A model generated the notes under the pieces. The model did no database searches and was not told where the DNA came from. It was given only the letters and a program-made list of their open reading frames with translations. From contig JBCDEZ010000003.1 of NCBI GenBank assembly GCA_039179045.1, forward strand, positions 1 to 53,779: DNA of 53,779 nucleotides. Reading direction: 5' to 3'. The translations under genes were made by a program, and so were the position numbers. Source of the DNA: Chlamydiota bacterium (lineage in GTDB: Bacteria > Chlamydiota > Chlamydiia > Chlamydiales > SM23-39). This document shows positions 38,738-47,197 of the stretch, piece by piece. Each line of letters begins with the position of its first letter. Position 1 is the stretch's first letter.

Positions 38738-39593
38738 GAGTTATGTACTCTTTGAGTTGGTTGATCTCCTGCTTGTACAAAGCAGGCTCTGGTGTTTCTA
38801 AAATCAGGGGAAGCTGGGAAATATTGGGGTTTGTGACCAAAGCTTCAATCCCACTAAGGCCAATTTCTCCTTTACCAAGAGAGGCGTGGCGGTCTCTTCT
38901 CGAACCGAGCGGTTTTTTTGTATCATTGATGTGAAGTGCGTAGAGGTGCTCGAGTCCTATCTTCTCATCAAAAGTTTTCAACGTTGAAGCAACCGCCCCT
39001 TCTGAAGCAAGGTCGTAGCCTGCTGCGAAGATATGGCATGTATCGATACAAACCCCGATCGGCAACACAGGCAACACGCGCTCCAAGATGTATGCAAGGT
39101 GCTCGAAGCGGTAGCCTACGCTATTGCCTTGACCGGCGGTTGTTTCGAGTAAAAGCCTCGTGGGGCTATTTTCGAGAGCCTGTTCAAAAGAGAGTAGGCT
39201 TTTTACGATTTGCTCCAAGCAGAGCTCTTCATCTTTGCTTGTAGCTGTGCCAGGATGGAAGTTGAGATAGGGGATTTCAAGTAGGCGGCAACGTTCGATT
39301 TCTCCCGCAAAGCTCTGTAGGCTCTTTTCGAGAATTTCCTCTTTTTCCGATCCCAAGTTGATCAGGTAACTATCATGGCTGACGATTGCCTCAATCCCTG
39401 TCTCGTCTCGCGCTTGCTTCCATCGATCTACATCCTCTTCGGGGATAGGTCTGCCGCGCCACTGCTTTTGGTTGCTGGTGAATAGCTGTAGAGCGCTTGC
39501 TCCGATCTCAGCCGCCCTTTCTAAAGCTCGGTAGGCACCTCCGGCAGCGGACATGTGCGCTCCGATATGTAATGTTGGCTTATTTGATGACAT
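38727..39593 (-). CDS. nfo: Endonuclease IV
   Basis: Motifs IGAHMSAAGG, HDSYLINL, NFHPG, LLETTAGQG, CIDTCHIFAAGY, HINDTK, DRH, ILETP. Confidence 0.97.
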   Translation of the reverse strand: MSSNKPTLHIGAHMSAAGGAYRALERAAEIGASALQLFTSNQKQWRGRPIPEEDVDRWKQARDETGIEAIVSHDSYLINLGSEKEEILEKSLQSFAGEIERCRLLEIPYLNFHPGTATSKDEELCLEQIVKSLLSFEQALENSPTRLLLETTAGQGNSVGYRFEHLAYILERVLPVLPIGVCIDTCHIFAAGYDLASEGAVASTLKTFDEKIGLEHLYALHINDTKKPLGSRRDRHASLGKGEIGLSGIEALVTNPNISQLPLILETPEPALYKQEINQLKEYITHAS

Positions 39594-39673
39594 GATTGTA
39601 GGGAATCTCTTAACTAGAATATTCCTCCTAGTTTAAAGAATTAGTCGATTCTGAGCAAATTCCCGTTTTGGAT

Positions 39674-39915
39674 GGGGCGATGAAAACTGTGGGAAACTAG
39701 CCGCTTTAGCATTTCTCCAGTAATGGTGCTATAAACGATCGGCTCTACACATTCCAAGAGCAATCATATTCTTGTCGTTTTGCACAGTTCCACCACAAAG
39801 ATACACGGTTGAGTCGGGATGGAAGAACTTGCTGGTGGGCGGTTGCAATTTCTCCGAAGCCAATCGGCAATCCTTTTCCCTTGGGGACCTTGTAATCCAG
39901 TTGACCTGGGTGATT
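39674..39915 (-). pseudogene. ISKra4/ISLre2-type transposase C-terminal remnant
   Basis: Minus strand reads NHPGQLDYKVPKGKGLPIGFGEIATAHQQVLPSRLNRVSLWW, then after a frameshift NDKNMIALGMCRA. This resembles the GLPIGSGEIESAH...RLK..GAWW...MLALR..RAN motif. Confidence 0.65.
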
Positions 39916-39916
39916 G

Positions 39917-40096
39917 CATACCCATCTTGACTGAAGAATTGCGTAAAGAAATTTTTGCATAGGCAAAAAGTGGGAGTTTTGGGAGAGTTTATCTCCACCG
40001 AGTCCAGAGCTTTTCCATGAACTGAAGAAACAAATCACAAACAGCTCTTCTCTCTATTTTTCCGCTTAACCCGATTCTTCAAATGAAACGGGTATA
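39917..40096 (+). mobile_element. IS630-derived MITE (complete, 180 bp)
   Basis: Imperfect terminal IRs (C)ATACCCATCTTGACTGAAGAATT ... GATTCTTCAAATGAAACGGGTATA. Reverse-complement match to 41501-41679. Flanks are TTG and CAA. Confidence 0.9.
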
Positions 40097-40579
40097 CAAA
40101 GACAATTTGGGGATGGATGAAAAAGGACGTGTGTAAAACAATCCGCACGAACCCTGGTAGGCAGAGAATCCACTTTTCTGGTGCTTTGGATATCAACAAG
40201 CATAGAGTCTTGACGCAAGAAGATACGACGCTGTATGCTGAGTCTACGCAAGAGTTATCTATTTTCTGACAATACGTGTTACTATGAAAATCGATTGGTT
40301 CAAGACTATTGAAAATACTCTAGAGTTGAACTCCGTTTTTTACCTCCATATAGCCCGCATCTGAATCCCATGGAGCGGGTCTGGAAATGTAGGAATGAGA
40401 ACGTGTTGTGGAATCAATATTACAAAAAAGTTTCTGCGTGCAAACACGGGGTGATGGGATTTTTAGAGAGTTTGTCCTCGCCCCGTACAGGAATCTTGCA
40501 CCAACTAAAGAAGCGTATCATAAATCGCTTTCATCTCTATTCTTCTGTATCACCCAATTCTTCAATCCAAGTTAGTTAG
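40096..40579 (+). pseudogene. IS630 transposase 3' half, decayed, with degenerate right end
   Basis: Reads GWMKK...TNPGRQRIHFSGALD...QEDTTLYAEST / YLFSDN..YY...*...LRFLPPYSPHLNPMERVWK (40340-40387)...GFLESL. Has a frameshift/deletion and an in-frame TGA at 40310. Confidence 0.9.
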
Positions 40580-41342
40580 TCCGTAAGATCGGGGAAAGGC
40601 TAACAGCCTGTTTCTGGGAAAGGTTTGGAGTTGGTTTAAATTCTGCCACTTTCCAAAATCGGTCTAGGAATTGCTTATCCAAGTGAGGCTCACTGTTAAT
40701 TTTAAAAGGGGAAATCACCTGAGTGTTAGAAGTGAAAAAGAGAGTAAATGATGATACGGGGTTCAGTTTTATATTGGTTGTCTTTAGCGGATCGTGCGTC
40801 ATATATTGAGCAATCACAAAAGAGTTGTCGAGAACGTCTTCCATTTGTTTTATGCTGTTCTTGATTGCAACTACCCGCTTAGCAATGTGTTCGGAAAGGT
40901 CTAAACTACTTGCGAATTTCATCCAGTAAAAACCGAATCCAATAATGGAAAAGAAAAAGATAGATAAAGGCACGTGAGGCATGACATGGAAAAGAAGACT
41001 GAGCACAAAAACAGACACCATTAGGACAACACCAGTTTTTATCCCAAGCTCTCTTGCTTCTTTATCGAAAAAAGCTTGCGTATCATCCAAAGCTTTCAAC
41101 AAGGAACGATGAACAAGAAAGCCAGTTACATGAGCTTTTGCTGTCTCTTGGAAAAGTTTTCGCTTTTCGGGCGTAAGGGACTGTTTATAAAATGTCCCAG
41201 GAATCTCTGAAATTTCAAAGGGCAATCCAGTTAAGACAGTCGCCTTGCTTGATTGTAAACCCCCTAGATGAAAGCAGGAAGTAAAGTTTGTGTCCTGAAC
41301 GTATGCCAGGGAATGACAAGAGATGAAAACATTGAGGTTCAT
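40572..41342 (-). CDS. Orphan protein with bilobed hydrophobic domain, candidate inclusion membrane (Inc-like) protein
   Basis: 256 aa, AT-rich. ~40-aa two-lobed hydrophobic stretch (GVVLMVSVFVLSLLFHVMPHVPLSIFFFSIIGFGFYWM) followed by a predicted amphipathic helix. No signal peptide. GGAG RBS present. Confidence 0.7.
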   Translation of the reverse strand: MNLNVFISCHSLAYVQDTNFTSCFHLGGLQSSKATVLTGLPFEISEIPGTFYKQSLTPEKRKLFQETAKAHVTGFLVHRSLLKALDDTQAFFDKEARELGIKTGVVLMVSVFVLSLLFHVMPHVPLSIFFFSIIGFGFYWMKFASSLDLSEHIAKRVVAIKNSIKQMEDVLDNSFVIAQYMTHDPLKTTNIKLNPVSSFTLFFTSNTQVISPFKINSEPHLDKQFLDRFWKVAEFKPTPNLSQKQAVSLSPILRTN

Positions 41343-41500
41343 ACAGTACTCCTAGGTGAGAAGAATGCAATCATTAAAAAACTTTAACAAAAGTCCAAAC
41401 TATTTTACTTCAAAATAGCTCTTTTTGTCAGGATATTTTTTCATAATTGCGATACTGTTTGGTGAAAAACTTTCTAAGCATCTCTAATAAAAGAGGTATT

Positions 41501-41679
41501 TATACCCGTTTCACTTGAAGAATTGGGTTAAGCGAAGAAATAGAGATAGAAGCTATTTGTGATTTGTTTCTTCAGTTCGTAGAAAAGCTCTGAACTCGGT
41601 GTGGATACACTCTTCCAAAACTCCACCTTTTTGCCTATGCAAGAATTTCTTTACGCAGATCTTCAGCAAGATGGGTATA
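41501..41679 (-). mobile_element. IS630-derived MITE (complete, 179 bp)
   Basis: TATACCCGTTTCACTTGAAGAATT ... CTTCAGCAAGATGGGTATA, with TA at both ends. Inverted relative to the copy at 39917. Confidence 0.9.
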
Positions 41680-41732
41680 CAAGAATGATCAAGGCATTCA
41701 ACGCCCCTTTTCATCTTTTCCAGCGTAAGCTT

Positions 41733-42350
41733 TTATCCTGTGTGCGCTAAGAATTCGCAGACGAGAGAAACATTGATAGGAAGAGGTAGAGATACGCTCT
41801 CATATGCGGGCACTTCTTGAAGAGTCCCTGTGAACTGATCAGACAGGTCAAGGTACTCGGGAAGGTCCAAAGAAGTATTTTGTACTGCTACTTGGATAGC
41901 TTTCACGTTTTGTGAAGATTTTTTTACAGAAATTGTCATGCCAGGCTTTACTTGAAAAGAGCGTCGATCCACTTTCTTGCCGTTTACAAGGATGTGTCCG
42001 TGGGACACGAGCTGTTGCGCAGCAAAGATGGTAGCACCGAAGCGAAGTCTGTAGACGATGTTGTCCAGGCGCGACTCCAACAGAGCTAAAAAAGTGTGCG
42101 AGGTATTCCCAGGCTTTCTCTCTGCATCGTTATAGGCGCGGATGAGCTGCTTTTGACTCAGCATCCCGTAGACAGCGCGCAACTTTTGCTTTTCTTCAAG
42201 CTGGGTGCCGTAGTCTGATTTTTTCTTCCGTTTGGCTCCATGCATTCCAGGAGGATTGGGCTTGTGCAACAAGGGGCTGCGAGATTTTCCAAAAATATTT
42301 ACTCCAAATTTTCTGGCGATCCGATTCTTAGGACCTCTGTATCTAGCCAT
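41733..42350 (-). CDS. rpsD: 30S ribosomal protein S4
   Basis: Motifs MARYRGPK, PPGMHG, SDYGTQLEEKQK, LESRLDNIVYR, QLVSHGHI. GGAG RBS before ATG at 42350. Confidence 0.98.
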   Translation of the reverse strand: MARYRGPKNRIARKFGVNIFGKSRSPLLHKPNPPGMHGAKRKKKSDYGTQLEEKQKLRAVYGMLSQKQLIRAYNDAERKPGNTSHTFLALLESRLDNIVYRLRFGATIFAAQQLVSHGHILVNGKKVDRRSFQVKPGMTISVKKSSQNVKAIQVAVQNTSLDLPEYLDLSDQFTGTLQEVPAYESVSLPLPINVSLVCEFLAHTG

Positions 42351-42495
42351 TTTCTCTCCTATTGAGGCGATTTCTTCATCAATCATAGGAAAACGCCCCT
42401 TTTTCGAGCAAGATGTATATTCTCTTGTTGCAGCCCTTTTCCAAGATGCCTAAACTGGTGGGGAATCTAGTTACATTTTAGCGAGTTGAAGTTTC

Positions 42496-43413
42496 ATGCA
42501 ATACGTTACAATTTCCTTTTATCAATTTTTTTCTATCGAAGATGTAGCCGGGCAAATCGCCTCTCTGCAATTGGCGTGGAAGCCACTAGGCGTGCGAGGA
42601 AGAATCTATCTTGCAAAGGAGGGCATCAACGCGCAGCTCTCCTTAGAAAAAGGGCAATATGCGGCGTGGCTTCGCTGGAAAGAGACTTCTCTTTTTCACA
42701 ACGCTCCTGTGAAAATGCAAAGTACTACCGAACATGCTTTTGAGAAACTTACGATCAAAGAGCGTCCCCAGCTGTGCGCTTTTGATGTGCCGATCGATGT
42801 AGCAAAGCATGCAAGCGCCTCGTTAACACCACAAGAGTGGAAAAAAAGGCTCGATGAGAGGGATCCATCTCAAGTGGTGATTGATGTGCGCAATAGCTAC
42901 GAGTCGTCCATAGGCCACTTTTCGGGAGCTCTTTTGCCGCCTTTGGAAACCTTCCGAGAGTTTCCTTCGTATGCGAAATACCTGAAAGAGAAGATGGATC
43001 TGAAAAAGACCTCCTTTTTGATTTACTGCACGGGTGGTATTCGGTGTGAGTACTATGGCGCCTACCTGCGCCAACAGGGATTTGAAGAGGTCTATCAACT
43101 TGCGGGAGGAGTCGTCGAGTACGGGAACGAAGTGGGGTCGGATCATTGGATCGGCAAACTCTTCGTATTCGATGATCGGATGGCTGTTGATATCGGATCT
43201 GAAGAGGTGATTGCCTCTTGCATTCATTGCAAAAACCCTTCCGACACCCACTACAACTGCGCAAATATGGATTGCAATCGCCTGTTTACTTGTTGCCCTG
43301 CGTGTGCGAAGAAGATGCGAGGGCTTTGTCAGGGGAGTTGTCAAGAGGGGCGAGTGCGCCCTTTTGATCCTGGGAAAAAGCCGAAGCCGTTTCGCAAGCT
43401 ATCCGCTTCTTGA
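42496..43413 (+). CDS. trhO: tRNA uridine(34) hydroxylase TrhO (UPF0176 rhodanese-like)
   Basis: Motifs GRIYLAKEGINAQ, IDVRNSYE..IGHF, YCTGGIRCE, GKLFVFDDR, C-terminal Cys cluster. Confidence 0.93.
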   Translation: MQYVTISFYQFFSIEDVAGQIASLQLAWKPLGVRGRIYLAKEGINAQLSLEKGQYAAWLRWKETSLFHNAPVKMQSTTEHAFEKLTIKERPQLCAFDVPIDVAKHASASLTPQEWKKRLDERDPSQVVIDVRNSYESSIGHFSGALLPPLETFREFPSYAKYLKEKMDLKKTSFLIYCTGGIRCEYYGAYLRQQGFEEVYQLAGGVVEYGNEVGSDHWIGKLFVFDDRMAVDIGSEEVIASCIHCKNPSDTHYNCANMDCNRLFTCCPACAKKMRGLCQGSCQEGRVRPFDPGKKPKPFRKLSAS

Positions 43414-44179
43414 GGAGTGAGAGCATAGTACGCTGGGTTTCATCGAGAACTACGGTGAGTCCTGGTTTGATACCCCGCTCGGAAAGGTGAAAAGCGCGCA
43501 TCGTATTGCAGATTCTCCCATCGAGGCGTACTCCGAGCCCTTCGATATTGAGCATAACTCCCCAGTCATGGAACATGCGCAAGCTCATCTCGCAAGCTGT
43601 AATCAAGAACAGCACTCTTTTTTGTGGGTTTTGGTGCACGAGTTCCATCATCTTTTCTCCGATGTAATGAACGGTAGGAATCAAAAGAAAAAGGGCATGC
43701 TTTGCAAGAGCTCTACACTTGCCAATGAAGCACTGCCCGCATACGGGATGGTCCTTTTGAAACGCGCACTGGCTATTGAAACGCCCTGAGGGGCATTCGA
43801 ATGGCTTGTGGCAATAGGAAAATCCTAGGACGAATAGATGCTCTTTCTCTGGAAGTACCTGCGCAAAAGCTGCCACCGACGAGGTGTTGCAAAGGAAAAA
43901 ATCTCCTTCTGTATTAGGGGGGTACCTATATGAGCGCAAGAGTCGGTAGGCGTAGAGGAAGGGATGCCGGAGGAAATACCTTCGAAAAATGCGCTTTTGG
44001 TCGTGGCGTAAAAGATACACAAGACTTTTCCAGCGCAAAAATCGAGCCGTTTTTTGTGTGATACCCTCCATCCGAGGCAGGCGCTTGAGTCTTTTGAGAG
44101 GATTGGTTTTGCGCAGAATGCGCTCTTGCTTTTCAAAGGTTTTTTTCTTTTCTTCAAACAAATCATTTTGAGAGGGCAT
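43286..44179 (-). CDS. Cys-rich hypothetical protein, possibly DUF116-like metal/Fe-S binding
   Basis: Long ORF with YCHKPFECP...C...CGQCFIGKC, ITACE and GRICN. The 3' end overlaps trhO. Confidence 0.65.
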   Translation of the reverse strand: MPSQNDLFEEKKKTFEKQERILRKTNPLKRLKRLPRMEGITQKTARFLRWKSLVYLLRHDQKRIFRRYFLRHPFLYAYRLLRSYRYPPNTEGDFFLCNTSSVAAFAQVLPEKEHLFVLGFSYCHKPFECPSGRFNSQCAFQKDHPVCGQCFIGKCRALAKHALFLLIPTVHYIGEKMMELVHQNPQKRVLFLITACEMSLRMFHDWGVMLNIEGLGVRLDGRICNTMRAFHLSERGIKPGLTVVLDETQRTMLSLLKKRIACETASAFSQDQKGALAPLDNSPDKALASSSHTQGNK

Positions 44180-44210
44180 ACTATTTACCTAGGCATTCAA
44201 TGGGGAGAGT

Positions 44211-46604
44211 TTGGCGCTCACATTTCATCTCAAGATACAGCAAAGCGCTTTTTTTCTGCAGATACGGTCGAACAAACCGGTCTTCTGGGAAGATCTGACT
44301 CGGAGCTGCTCTAAAGACTTTGCTCATCTCCTCCTCAAAGAGAAGCGGAAATGGGACTCGGGAAGGTTGGAGACCTTACGTTTTTCTGAGGTGCCTATCT
44401 CTTTGGAGGTGCTTTGGCGCGCTCTCAAGTATGCGGGGGAGGTCTACTACGGTGCGAAGAAAAAGCAAGTTGATCCGGAGCCCTACATTCCCTTTTTCAC
44501 CGTTCTCGAGGAGCGCGAACGGGGCTGCGTTGTCGACTACGTCTTGCAAAGAGGAGGGGTCGAGCTGCGTCCTGATCGCCTGTTGCTCGCACGTCCCCTT
44601 GTTTTTCTTGCAGGCGGGATAGTGGGAACAATGCAGCCTAGTTTGACGCATGCGCAGTGGGCTTTGCTAGAGGCAGGTCCTGCCTACATCCGCCATTTCT
44701 ACGAGGAAGAGGTGCTGTTTGTGAGGAAGGAAACCGAAGCGCGGTTGTGCCTGCAGATGGGGGATCCCTACGGCAAGTTTTGGCATCTTCTCCTCAAGAA
44801 TTCCATCCAGGGAGAAGAGATGCGCTCTTCGAATAAAGATCGGTTGCGTCAAAAGGCAGAGCAAGACTTGTTCGATCTTGGCTGGACGAAAACACGCGAG
44901 GGATTTGCGCTTTCGCCCTCTGATCTTTTTGCTTCCTTGGACTTACTCGTTTCGGTCGGTTGGGAAGTACTTGACAAAGGGGGCCGCCCTCTCCTGTTTT
45001 GCGAAGACGCCTCCTGCAAGATCGTAGGAGATGCGCTCTTTATACAAAGCCCTTCCCTCGATAAGGAGCATGACGCCGCCCCTTTTCTCCAGGCAGCCAA
45101 AGCAGGTTCATCCTTTCTTTTTTTGCATGATAAAGAAGAACGTAGCACCGTTCTTTTAGAGCACACTTTTCAAAAGAGAATACAGCATCTCGATGCTTAC
45201 ACATTCGAAGAGGAACAGACCCGGATTGATGAGAGAGCTCTTGGTTTTTTTCAAGAGGAAGATGACTTAGGCCAGCTCGCTCCATCGATGCGCTCTTTGC
45301 TTTTCCCGCCTTCTATCACGCCCGAGAGATTTCAAGGGAAGCTCTATCCTTACCAAGAAAAAGGCGTAGCCTGGATGCGCGCCCTACACGATCAGGGGTG
45401 GGGAGGGCTGTTGGCAGATGAGATGGGTCTTGGAAAAACAGTACAGGTACTCGCTTTTCTCGCTTCGTTGTCAGAGGGTGCGCGCTTGGTTGTCGCCCCT
45501 GCGCACCTCGTCTATCACTGGCAGAAAGAGGCTCGTACTTTTCTAGGAAAAGAACCCTACCTACATATTGGGGGAGGAAGGGAATCGACCTTGGAGGGAA
45601 AAACGCTCATCATCACCTCGTATGCTACCCTCGTGCGTGATGCTGCTCTTTTTGAGAAAAGTGTGTTCGCAACTGTCGTGCTCGATGAGTCCTCTTATGT
45701 CAAAAATCCCCGGTCTGTAGCTTTTTCTGTTCTCTCTAAACTACAAAAACAATCTGCTTTCGCCCTCAACGGCACTCCCATCGACAATGCGTATGAAGAG
45801 CTTTGGGCTCAATTTACCTGTCTCGATTCACGTATTTTGGGGCCAAAACAGGTATTTCTACCAAAGGCGCGCGTCGATCAAGAAAAAGCCGTTTTGCAGT
45901 TGAGGCCTTTTCTTTGTAAGCGGACAAAACAAGAGGTCCATCTCGACTTACCTCCTTTGACCGTACAAGATGTACTCTTTTCTTTGGGAGAAGAGCACCG
46001 CAGCTTTTACGAGGCGAAAAAAGCCTCTCTTCGAAAAGAGGCACCCTCCGCGTTAGAAATTTTGCTTCGTCTTCGCCAAAGTGCTCTTGCGCCCGCACTT
46101 GTAGGGGGCAATATTCCTTCGGACAAAATTTCCCTTCTTCTACAAGATCTAGAGCAGTTGAAAGGATGTAAAGTTCTTATTTTTAGTAGTTTTACTCAGT
46201 TTTTGCGTCTGGTAGAACGGGAGCTTATTGGGAAAAAAATTCCCACGCTTTATCTAGATGGGAAGCTCTCTCTTCGGGAGCGTGAAAAAACCATGCAGGC
46301 ATTTTGTTCCTCTTCCGACGGAGTCTGCTTTCTTTTGAGCATGAAAGCTGCGGGTATAGGTCTCAATCTCCCCCAAGCAGATGTCGTGTTCCTTCTCGAC
46401 CCTTGGTGGAATGAATCTTTGGAGAGGCAAGCGATGGCACGCGCGCATCGGATCGGCCGCAAAGGAGCGCTTCTCGTAAAGCGGTACATTGCCAAAGAGA
46501 CGATTGAAGAAAACATCCTAGAGCTCAAAAAAGAAAAGCTTCTCTACAATCAGCTTATTGACTCGTCGATCACGCGAGAGGATTGTCTTCATCTTTTTTG
46601 TTGA
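44211..46604 (+). CDS. SNF2-family helicase/ATPase
   Basis: Motifs LYPYQEKGVAW, LADEMGLGKT, LDESSYVKN, LNGTPIDN, KAAGIGLNL, DPWWN, RAHRIG. Confidence 0.92.
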   Translation: MALTFHLKIQQSAFFLQIRSNKPVFWEDLTRSCSKDFAHLLLKEKRKWDSGRLETLRFSEVPISLEVLWRALKYAGEVYYGAKKKQVDPEPYIPFFTVLEERERGCVVDYVLQRGGVELRPDRLLLARPLVFLAGGIVGTMQPSLTHAQWALLEAGPAYIRHFYEEEVLFVRKETEARLCLQMGDPYGKFWHLLLKNSIQGEEMRSSNKDRLRQKAEQDLFDLGWTKTREGFALSPSDLFASLDLLVSVGWEVLDKGGRPLLFCEDASCKIVGDALFIQSPSLDKEHDAAPFLQAAKAGSSFLFLHDKEERSTVLLEHTFQKRIQHLDAYTFEEEQTRIDERALGFFQEEDDLGQLAPSMRSLLFPPSITPERFQGKLYPYQEKGVAWMRALHDQGWGGLLADEMGLGKTVQVLAFLASLSEGARLVVAPAHLVYHWQKEARTFLGKEPYLHIGGGRESTLEGKTLIITSYATLVRDAALFEKSVFATVVLDESSYVKNPRSVAFSVLSKLQKQSAFALNGTPIDNAYEELWAQFTCLDSRILGPKQVFLPKARVDQEKAVLQLRPFLCKRTKQEVHLDLPPLTVQDVLFSLGEEHRSFYEAKKASLRKEAPSALEILLRLRQSALAPALVGGNIPSDKISLLLQDLEQLKGCKVLIFSSFTQFLRLVERELIGKKIPTLYLDGKLSLREREKTMQAFCSSSDGVCFLLSMKAAGIGLNLPQADVVFLLDPWWNESLERQAMARAHRIGRKGALLVKRYIAKETIEENILELKKEKLLYNQLIDSSITREDCLHLFC

Positions 46605-46776
46605 ATTTTTCCATTTTCTCTTCAATTGCAATGAGCTCTAAAGCGGCCTCTTTGAAGGTTTTGAGTCCCTCGGCAAACCCGAGTTTTCGCGCAAGTTCGT
46701 CGAGGTAACGAATCTCCGCTGCGAGCTGGTCATTGATGGATTGGAGCTTTGCGAGCTGCTTTTTCTCGTTGGCCAT
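46570..46776 (-). CDS. Small coiled-coil hypothetical protein
   Basis: AAGGAG RBS. Sequence LAKLQSINDQLAAEIRYLDELARKLGFAEGLKTFKEAALEL. Confidence 0.75.
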   Translation of the reverse strand: MANEKKQLAKLQSINDQLAAEIRYLDELARKLGFAEGLKTFKEAALELIAIEEKMEKFNKKDEDNPLA

Positions 46777-46925
46777 ATTCTCTCCTTAAAATCTGGTTGC
46801 TTCCACATACTTCTCTTATGTGAAAAGTGTGCCACTGTGGCAACTTTCTATTTCGGATAATTCCGTAACTCGGCTAAGCTCCAAAAAGATAGAGGAACAA
46901 AATGAGGTAATCGATGGTCGAAAGA

Positions 46926-47165
46926 ATGCGATTTTTTGTGCATATCTGCTTGAGTAGTTTTCTGGTCTCTTGCGGAAGCTCGAATAGCGAATCAGAGGGT
47001 CTTCCAAAAGAAGAGGCCGAAGAGATGCAAGAGCATGAGGCGGGTAGGTGCTACCATGCGGGCTATTCCATGGCAGAAGGAGAGGTAAAAAGTTCAGCTC
47101 CAGCGCTTTCCAGTGAGCCTTTAGTGCTTACCGATAGCAGCAAAGAAAAAAGCGTAGCTCCCTAG
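46926..47165 (+). CDS. Small predicted lipoprotein
   Basis: MRFFVHICLSSFLVSC lipobox followed by an acidic, low-complexity tail. Confidence 0.55.
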   Translation: MRFFVHICLSSFLVSCGSSNSESEGLPKEEAEEMQEHEAGRCYHAGYSMAEGEVKSSAPALSSEPLVLTDSSKEKSVAP

Positions 47166-47197
47166 CTAGATATTCTAAAGCGGTTATGCAAAAAGGG

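Noticed and set aside
39729-40251. Minus-strand gene split by the MITE (frames rejoin if the MITE is removed)
   Set aside because: The two halves are better explained as the antisense of an IS630 transposase and as an ISKra4-type remnant. The frame match is likely chance.
39917-41679. Dispersed repeats as a CRISPR array
   Set aside because: The copies are ~180 bp, scattered, in both orientations, with terminal IRs and transposase-derived interior. There is no repeat-spacer periodicity and no cas gene.
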